DNA from: Verrucomicrobiota bacterium
Lineage (GTDB): Bacteria > Verrucomicrobiota > Verrucomicrobiia > Limisphaerales > Palsa-1400
DNA length: 64,000 nt
Reading direction: 5' to 3'
Assembly (NCBI GenBank): GCA_049510745.1
Contig: JBEKYR010000012.1
Location: 64,001-128,000 of the forward strand
The notes below the pieces were generated by a model. That model did no database searches and was not told the DNA's origin. It saw only the letters and a program-made list of their open reading frames with translations. The position numbers were made by a program, and so were the translations under genes. Shown here one piece after another: positions 57,500-64,000 of this stretch (position 1 is its first letter; each line of letters starts with the position of its first letter).

Positions 57500-59242
57500 A
57501 TGAAGGCTGCGAGTCTGGCAAATTTTGCGAGGCGGCGGGGCCGAATGGGGCTGGCCGTCGCATTGGTTGCGGCAGTGGCCGCTCTCTGCTGGTGGACGGG
57601 CTTGTTTGAACGGGAACCTTCCTATCAAGGGAAGACCGCCACTCAATGGCTGGAATCGGTCCAGAACGGCGGAGGTTGGGCGGCGGCTACGGCGGCCTTC
57701 AGGTCAATGGGTCCAAAGGGTGTGCGTTTTCTCGCGCGGACATTGGAGAAAAAGCCAGTTCAAATGCCTGCGAGCGTCGAGAGGTTTATTAACTCACTTG
57801 AGCTCCCCGAATGGGCCAATCCGACGTGGCGAATGGACTACAATGCAGCACATTTAGGTTACCGTCAGGAAGCTGCGGCGAATATCCTTCAGCGCTTGGG
57901 AAGCGATGCAGCGCCTGCAATTCCCACCTTGGTGCGCATGTTCCGTCATCGTAAGGCAAACGAGTCGAACGGGTTCGCGTACCTGATGGCGCCAATGGCA
58001 GACAAGCTTGAATTCATGGTGCCGGAACTGATCAAGGATTTGGACCAAAATAAACCGGGCAACATCCGGCCCATCGAGGACATCAAGCTTCTTGCCGCGA
58101 TCGGCCCCAAGGCGGAAGATGCCATTCCGGTTCTGTCGAAAATAGCGCAGTCCGGAAACGGTTGGGTGGAGCTGCCCGCGGCGGTTGCGCTCTGGAACAT
58201 CGCTCGCGAGACGAACGAGTTAATCCGATGCATCTCAAACACTCTGAGGGGGCGTGGTGACTTGACTTTCTCTGCGCTGCCCGAGTTGCGCGACTGCGTT
58301 CCTCCTCCGCAACCGATGATCCCTCTGCTGGAGAACGCTTTACGCCACCCGATGCCACGGGTACGTCAGGACGCTGCATCTCTGATCGAGAAAATCGATC
58401 CCGACCGGTTACGGCGGATTGCGGAAGAATTGAACAGGCATCAAGCCGAGCTTTTTCAGGAACACTTGAAGTTATTGGAAAGCTCCAACGATCTGGATCG
58501 CTTGACCGCCATCGAGGCGATACAATTCATGGGACCCCAAGCCATAAGCGCCGTCTCACGCCTGGCCCAAATTATTTGTCGCCAGCAGCGCAGCCCTTTA
58601 ATGGCCAATACTTTCGTCGCTTCGGGCCTGGATGTGTTCGGGGCATTCCGAGCTTTGCGGGAAATTGGTCATGGCGGCGCCGCTGCCACCCCGATTCTCA
58701 TTGGGTTGCTTCAGACTAACACTGATTTGGCCCCTTCGGTCTTCGACACTCTGTCGAGTTTTGGCGTCGACGCTGCGGCGGCGATTCCCGCCGTGCGCGC
58801 ATTTATGGCGACGAACACCGGCCCCGCGCGTTTTCAAGCGGCGCTGGCGTTGGCTGCCATCGACCCGGGCGATACCAACGCAGTTGCGATTATTCGCGAG
58901 CTCACAACCTCCCAGCCTCATTACTGGGGAGGCCGGATTGTGCCCAGCGATCCAACGACGCGCCTCTTTGCCTCCGTCTCATTATGGAAGCTTGGTCTGG
59001 AAACGAATCCACCGGTGGACGAACTGATTGCCCATGCGACGAACTATAATGGCGGCTGGGCTATCAACTTATTGGGGGACATCGGTCCTTCGGCGAGAAA
59101 GGCGTTGCCGTTTTTGGAGCAGAAGTTAGACCCGTTAATCCCGTCGCTTGATATAGCCATCGCCATCCGCAAGATCGATCCCGAGGAAGCGAAGCGTCTT
59201 GGCTTGCCCGGCCTGTTGATCATCTGCCCGGACAAGTATTAG
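57500..59242 (+). CDS. Membrane-anchored HEAT-repeat protein
   Basis: N-terminal TM followed by EPSYQGK..QWL; repeated IGP.A..AIP.L / AA.AL..I units. Confidence 0.8.
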   Translation: MKAASLANFARRRGRMGLAVALVAAVAALCWWTGLFEREPSYQGKTATQWLESVQNGGGWAAATAAFRSMGPKGVRFLARTLEKKPVQMPASVERFINSLELPEWANPTWRMDYNAAHLGYRQEAAANILQRLGSDAAPAIPTLVRMFRHRKANESNGFAYLMAPMADKLEFMVPELIKDLDQNKPGNIRPIEDIKLLAAIGPKAEDAIPVLSKIAQSGNGWVELPAAVALWNIARETNELIRCISNTLRGRGDLTFSALPELRDCVPPPQPMIPLLENALRHPMPRVRQDAASLIEKIDPDRLRRIAEELNRHQAELFQEHLKLLESSNDLDRLTAIEAIQFMGPQAISAVSRLAQIICRQQRSPLMANTFVASGLDVFGAFRALREIGHGGAAATPILIGLLQTNTDLAPSVFDTLSSFGVDAAAAIPAVRAFMATNTGPARFQAALALAAIDPGDTNAVAIIRELTTSQPHYWGGRIVPSDPTTRLFASVSLWKLGLETNPPVDELIAHATNYNGGWAINLLGDIGPSARKALPFLEQKLDPLIPSLDIAIAIRKIDPEEAKRLGLPGLLIICPDKY

Positions 59243-59245
59243 CCT

Positions 59246-59743
59246 TTATTTCCGGCCGCGAAAAGGCATCAGCCCGAAATGCAGGGCCAGCCAGATGGGC
59301 GGGGCGAAAATCACCACGGCCACCAAGCGGGCCAATGTCCAGTTCAGAAAGTGGGCCTGCATCGGGAAGATCGTGATCATGAAATAATTGGCGAAACGCG
59401 TGTGGCCGAGGAAACGGCCATGTTTGGGGAACCGCTTGCGCACGCCGCTCAGAAGCGCCACCACTCCGATTGTCAATACTAGCACAGTAACCAGCAGATT
59501 GATGGGCAGGGAGGCGTGGGATTCCGGCGGGTGGACGGGCGCGGGGCGCGGCGCGAAAAGCCATTGCAGACCCGCCCAGAGAAAACTGAACCCGGTCTGG
59601 AGCGCGGTGCGGAAATTGGCCTTGGTCGGCGCGGTTTCGTTCAGGAGCAGGCCAAAATAAAGGGGCACGATGCCCCAAATCAATTGGAGGTGCTCGAACG
59701 GCGTCACAATCAATCGCACAAACACGGACCAGTAAAAATGCAT
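59246..59743 (-). CDS. Hypothetical multi-pass membrane protein
   Basis: MHFYWSVF... with four to five hydrophobic segments. Confidence 0.68.
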   Translation of the reverse strand: MHFYWSVFVRLIVTPFEHLQLIWGIVPLYFGLLLNETAPTKANFRTALQTGFSFLWAGLQWLFAPRPAPVHPPESHASLPINLLVTVLVLTIGVVALLSGVRKRFPKHGRFLGHTRFANYFMITIFPMQAHFLNWTLARLVAVVIFAPPIWLALHFGLMPFRGRK

Positions 59744-59836
59744 AACTTGCCCCAACGCTAAAACGTCCGGCTCCGCGCGGAAAGCATTCAGTGCGGGCTG
59801 TCCCAAATCCTCGTAAGACGGGCGCGAAACATTCAG

Positions 59837-59973
59837 GGGAGTACGCGCGCCCTCGCGTGTCGTGGCCGGCGCCCTCGCCGGCCACATCTTTGAATCTTAT
59901 ACACTTCCTATGGAATTTGGGGATGCCATCGGCGAGGGCGCCGATGGCGACACGCGCGGGCGCGTGTGCTCCC
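59837..59973. repeat. Inverted pair of 49-bp REP-like elements
   Basis: 59837-59885 (+) GGGAGTACGCGCGCCCTCGCGTGTCGTGGCCGGCGCCCTCGCCGGCCAC and 59925-59973 (-) GGGAGCACACGCGCCCGCGCGTGTCGCCATCGGCGCCCTCGCCGATGGC. Confidence 0.82.
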
Positions 59974-60068
59974 GATCCGCAGCCGTCCTTTCGTTACGCG
60001 AGGATCAAGGGCTGTTTTCTTAACTTGACCGGAGGCTGCAATGGCGTTTGGATGGCGGCGCTTATCTT

Positions 60069-61370
60069 ATGAAGATTCTCAAATGGGCCGTGTTGGGCGG
60101 CGCGTTGTCCTTCGTTTTCGCCGGGTGCCTGGCGCGGCACGAGACCGGCTTTGTCCCGCTGTTCGACGGCAAAACGCTCCATGGCTGGACGGAAATGCAC
60201 AAGACGCCCGGCCCTTCCTATTTTGTCACCAATGGCGTCATTGCGTCGCCCCCGAACGCGGCCAACGATCTGGTCACCGACCAGGCGTTTGGCGATTTTA
60301 TTCTGCGCATGGATTTCAAATTGACTCCCGGCGCCAACAACGGGGTCGGCATCCGGGTCCCGTTCGAGACCAACGATCTGACTTATTCGGGCAACGAGGT
60401 GCAGATTCTCGATGATGACGACGCGCAATACGCGCACCTGGATCCGGGCCAGTATTGCGGTTCGCTTTACAAGGTTTTCCCCGCCAGGCGCGGCGCGCTG
60501 AACAAGGCGGGCGAGTGGAACCATTATGAAATCAGCGTTCTTGGCCGCCATATCGAAGTTGTGCTGAACGGCCAGACCATCGTGGACGGCAACATGAATG
60601 AGGTGACGGACCGGGAAGTGTTGCGCGGCCATCCCGGCCTGTTGCGCGATCGCGGGCACATCGCGCTGCTGGGCCACTGGAGCTATTGCGAATTCCGCGA
60701 CATTTTCATCAAGGAATTTCCACGCGCCGAACGGGAGAACACGCCGCCGGAAGGGTTCACGGCTCTTTTTGACGGACACGATCTGGCCGGCTGGAAGGGC
60801 CTGGTCGCCGATCCTCCGGCGCGCGCGAAAATGCCGCCGGACGAGCTGGCCGCCGCCCAAGCCCGGGCCGACGAGCGGATGCGCGCGCATTGGAAGGCCG
60901 CCGGCGGCCTGCTGGTCTTCGACGGCCACGGCGACAACCTTTGCACGGCGCGCGATTACGGCGATTTCGAGATGTTGGTGGATTGGAAAATTCCGCCCAA
61001 GGGGGACAGCGGCATTTATTTGCGCGGCACGCCGCAGGTGCAAATCTGGGAGACGAACAGCCCCGGACAATTCCCCGCGCCCGACGGCTCCGGGGGCCTC
61101 TGGAACAACCGGAAGAATAACCGGCACCCGCTGAAATATGCCGATCACCCGGTCGGCCAGTGGAATCGGTTCCGCATTCTCATGGTGGGCGGGCAGGCGC
61201 ATGTGTTTCTGAACGGAGAGTTGGTGGTGCGCGACACGACGCTGGAGAATTATTGGGAGCCGGACAAGCCGATTTATCCGACGGGCCAGATCGAATTGCA
61301 GAACCACGGCGGGCCGCTTTGGTTCAAGAACATCTACCTCCGGGAAATCCCGCCCGCGCCGGCGCGATAA
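60069..61370 (+). CDS. Tandem DUF1080 (3-keto-disaccharide hydrolase-like) lipoprotein
   Basis: VFAGC lipobox; two LFDG..L.GW...GDF....NSG/DSG...EVQI/QVQI...G.WN...G.I.L..H domains. Confidence 0.85.
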   Translation: MKILKWAVLGGALSFVFAGCLARHETGFVPLFDGKTLHGWTEMHKTPGPSYFVTNGVIASPPNAANDLVTDQAFGDFILRMDFKLTPGANNGVGIRVPFETNDLTYSGNEVQILDDDDAQYAHLDPGQYCGSLYKVFPARRGALNKAGEWNHYEISVLGRHIEVVLNGQTIVDGNMNEVTDREVLRGHPGLLRDRGHIALLGHWSYCEFRDIFIKEFPRAERENTPPEGFTALFDGHDLAGWKGLVADPPARAKMPPDELAAAQARADERMRAHWKAAGGLLVFDGHGDNLCTARDYGDFEMLVDWKIPPKGDSGIYLRGTPQVQIWETNSPGQFPAPDGSGGLWNNRKNNRHPLKYADHPVGQWNRFRILMVGGQAHVFLNGELVVRDTTLENYWEPDKPIYPTGQIELQNHGGPLWFKNIYLREIPPAPAR

Positions 61371-61464
61371 GGCATCGCGTCACGCGCTATCGGCGGCAAA
61401 TAAACCGACATGACTCCATCGTGCGGCGGGCTTGCCCGAAGCAAAGTTTGTTCTTGCGCGCGCC

Positions 61465-61483
61465 GTGTCTTTAATGTAGATAC
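61465..61483 (+). promoter_or_regulatory. Putative MazE operator
   Basis: GTGTCTTTAATGTAGATAC imperfect palindrome directly upstream of mazE. Resembles the E. coli mazEF operator (GTATCTACAATGTAGAT) as recalled. Confidence 0.5.
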
Positions 61484-61489
61484 GTCAGA

Positions 61490-61732
61490 ATGAAAACGGC
61501 GGTTCAAAAATGGGGCAACAGCCTGGCCATCCGCATTCCGCGCGCCTTCGCCCAGGAAACCCGCCTGGACAGCGGCACCGAGGTTGATCTGCGGTTGAAA
61601 TCGGGCAAGCTGGTAGTCAGCCGCCTGTCAAAGAAACGCGAGGGTTTGCGTTCGTTGCTCGACCGGGTTCGGAAGTCGAATCGGCATGGGGAAACCGACT
61701 GGGGCGGGCCGATGGGGCGGGAGGTTTGGTGA
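61490..61732 (+). CDS. mazE: AbrB/MazE family antitoxin
   Basis: VQKWGNSLAIRIP...L.SLL....N.HGETDWG.P.GREVW. Confidence 0.9.
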   Translation: MKTAVQKWGNSLAIRIPRAFAQETRLDSGTEVDLRLKSGKLVVSRLSKKREGLRSLLDRVRKSNRHGETDWGGPMGREVW

Positions 61733-61761
61733 AGGCGGGATACTTTCCAAATTTTGATTGA
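61729..61761 (+). pseudogene. Remnant of mazF toxin (about 10 codons)
   Basis: GTG overlapping the mazE stop reads VKAGYFPNFD*. The start resembles the MazF N-terminus (..Y.P..GD) and then terminates. Confidence 0.45.
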
Positions 61762-61812
61762 CGAACAAACAGACGACCCCGATCAAGTTTGATTATCTTA
61801 TCCGGCGAATCC

Positions 61813-63456
61813 CTACGGCGTCGCCTTCTGTTTTCGGTAGCGGCGGATCAAGTTGTTCGTGGAACTGTCGTGCTTGAGCCGGGGGGTTGCCGGGCTTTCC
61901 AGTTCGGGAATGATGCGCTGGGCCAGCACCTTGCCCAACTCGACGCCCCACTGGTCGAACGAGTCCAGATTCCAAAGCACGCCCTGCGTGAAAACACTGT
62001 GCTCGTAAAGGGCGATCAGTTGGCCGAGCGTTTCCGGCGTGAGCCGCCCGGCGAGGATCATGTTCGACGGGCGGTTGCCCTCGAAGACGCGGTGCGGCGC
62101 CAGCCAGTCCGGCGTGCCCTCGGCTTTGACTTCGTCCAGCGTCTTGCCGAAAGCCAGCGCCTCGGCCTGGGCAAAGACGTTCGCCAAAAGGATGTCATGG
62201 TGCCGCCCCAGCGGGGTGAGCGCGTGGGCGAAGGCGATGAAGTCGCACGGGATGAGCCGGGTGCCCTGATGGATCAACTGGTAAAACGAATGTTGGCCGT
62301 TGGTGCCGGGTTCGCCCCAGTAGATCGGGCTGGTCTGGTAATTGATTTTCTTCCCGTCGAGCGTGACGTGCTTGCCGTTGCTCTCCATCGTCAACTGTTG
62401 CAGATACGCCGGGAACCGCTTCAGATATTGCTCGTAGGGCAAAACCGCCACGCTCTCCGCGCCGAGGAAGTCGTTGTTCCAGACCGACAGCAGCCCCAGG
62501 AGGGCCGGCAGGTTTTTCTCGAACGGCGCGGCGCGAAAGTGCTCGTCCATCTGGTGAAATCCGTGGAGCATCGCGCGAAAGTTTTCCGGTCCTATGGCCA
62601 GCATCGTGGAAAGGCCGATGGCTGAGTCCATGGAGTAACGCCCGCCCACCCAGTCCCAGAATCCAAACATGTTGGCCGTGTCAATGCCGAAGGCGGAGAC
62701 CTTTTCGGCATTGGTCGAAACCGCGACAAAGTGCTTGGCCACGGCCTTGGTGTCCGCGCCGCGTCCGGCCAGGAGCCAGGCGCGCGCGCTTTGGGCGTTG
62801 GTCATCGTCTCCAGCGTCGTGAAGGTTTTTGAAGAAACGATGAACAGTGTCTCGGCCGGATCAACGTCGCGGGTCGCCTCAACAAAATCGATGCCATCGA
62901 CGTTGGAAACAAACCGGAACGCCAGGTTGCGCCGGCTGTAATGCTTGAGCGCTTCGCAGGCCATCACCGGGCCAAGATCGGAGCCGCCGATGCCGATGTT
63001 AATGACGTTGCGGATCGGCCTGCCGGTGTGGCCCTTCCACTGCCCGTCGCGAACGCGCCTCGAAAAGCCGGCCATCTTGTCAAGCACCGCGTGGACTTCC
63101 GGCACGACGTTCCTGCCGTCCACGAAAATGGAAGCACCTTTGGGGGCGCGCAGGGCGACGTGCAGGACGGCGCGGTTTTCCGTCAGATTGATCCTGTCGC
63201 CCCGGAACATGGCCTCCGTCCTCTCCCGCAAGCCGGACTCCTCCGCCAAATTGAAGAGCAGTTGGAGGGTTTCGTCGGTGACGCGGTTTTTCGAGTAGTC
63301 AAGAAAAAGGCCCGCCGCCTCGGCGGTCAGGCGCCGGCCGCGTTTGGGGTCCGCGGCGAAAAGCTGGCGGAGATGGACGGTTCGGACTTTCTGGAAGTGG
63401 CGGGCGAGGTCTTTCCAGGCCTTGCGTTTGGTCAAGGGTTGAACGGGGGCTTTCAT
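61813..63456 (-). CDS. pgi: Glucose-6-phosphate isomerase
   Basis: [45 protein letters not shown]. Confidence 0.97.
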   Translation of the reverse strand: MKAPVQPLTKRKAWKDLARHFQKVRTVHLRQLFAADPKRGRRLTAEAAGLFLDYSKNRVTDETLQLLFNLAEESGLRERTEAMFRGDRINLTENRAVLHVALRAPKGASIFVDGRNVVPEVHAVLDKMAGFSRRVRDGQWKGHTGRPIRNVINIGIGGSDLGPVMACEALKHYSRRNLAFRFVSNVDGIDFVEATRDVDPAETLFIVSSKTFTTLETMTNAQSARAWLLAGRGADTKAVAKHFVAVSTNAEKVSAFGIDTANMFGFWDWVGGRYSMDSAIGLSTMLAIGPENFRAMLHGFHQMDEHFRAAPFEKNLPALLGLLSVWNNDFLGAESVAVLPYEQYLKRFPAYLQQLTMESNGKHVTLDGKKINYQTSPIYWGEPGTNGQHSFYQLIHQGTRLIPCDFIAFAHALTPLGRHHDILLANVFAQAEALAFGKTLDEVKAEGTPDWLAPHRVFEGNRPSNMILAGRLTPETLGQLIALYEHSVFTQGVLWNLDSFDQWGVELGKVLAQRIIPELESPATPRLKHDSSTNNLIRRYRKQKATP

Positions 63457-63457
63457 G

Positions 63458-63898
63458 TCAAAGGATTTTCTCCACTATTTCCACGACCGTTTGCACACAG
63501 CCTTTGCAGGTCTTGTGCAGGAGATCGTTCTCCTTGAAGTATCGCTGTCCGCTTGGGGTGTTGAGGTCGCACCCGTTGAGCAAGGTGCGGCAGAGGCATG
63601 TGCCGTGCTTGGATTCAAATTGCGACATGAGTTCCCGCACCTTCCGATAGGTTTCCTCAGTCACCGTCCTCTCCTGTCCCTCGCCGCGTCCGTGCTTGAG
63701 TCCGAGGGTGATTATGCCCCCGCTGATCGCGCCGCAAACCTCTTGCTTTCGCGCCATCCCGGCCCCGAACCCGCAGGCCAGTCTCAGGGCGGTATCCTTA
63801 TTGACGCCGAGATCATCGCAAAACGAGTAGAGAACCGCTTGCGCGCAGTTGTAGCCGGAGAGAAACTTCTCCGCGGCAATATCACTTCTTGTGCTCAT
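63458..63898 (-). CDS. C_GCAxxG_C_C family putative redox protein
   Basis: [30 protein letters not shown]. Confidence 0.88.
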   Translation of the reverse strand: MSTRSDIAAEKFLSGYNCAQAVLYSFCDDLGVNKDTALRLACGFGAGMARKQEVCGAISGGIITLGLKHGRGEGQERTVTEETYRKVRELMSQFESKHGTCLCRTLLNGCDLNTPSGQRYFKENDLLHKTCKGCVQTVVEIVEKIL

Positions 63899-64000
63899 AG
63901 GATTCCTTGCTCCGAACAGGTATTGAGCGGCGAAAACGCCGCACCGGGAGAAGATGTGGAGGCGGCGGCGCGGAATCAAGCGTGAAGTGCGATTTCGTTT

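Overview
High-GC bacterial chromosomal segment, most likely Verrucomicrobiota (Pedosphaera/Limisphaerales-like). This is inferred from a PVC-restricted Minf_1886-type gene, a DUF5069-like gene, prepilin-type proteins and an ECF-sigma/Ser-Thr kinase module. It is mostly housekeeping: lpxB, leuS, msrA, rdgB, ubiX, manC, trpA, atpDC, mdtABC-like RND pump, tal, tRNA-Val(GAC), queG, aroK, gatCA, ptsH, hprK, lptB, kdsA and pgi. Small accessory insertions are scattered between these genes: several toxin-antitoxin loci, a Schlafen/AlbA_2 protein and a GxxExxY nuclease gene enclosed by inverted repeats. The best candidate for an undescribed system is a visibly AT-richer ~2 kb islet between trpA and manC (about 24040-26048). 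It encodes a proteasome-beta-like Ntn hydrolase with an N-terminal Ser, translationally coupled to a zinc-binding HNH nuclease. That gene is preceded by a cryptic frameshifted Pro/Lys-rich leader, and the islet also holds a probable truncated XcyI-type restriction endonuclease. Other notable items are a ~2300-aa secreted protein with three tandem Ig+cyclophilin modules downstream of an 8-bp tandem repeat, a 49-bp REP-like family with covarying stems, an 'empty' short-period inverted-repeat element and many apparently leaderless promoters. All family assignments come from motif recognition by eye; no database search was run. Several start codons were adjusted from the ORF track.
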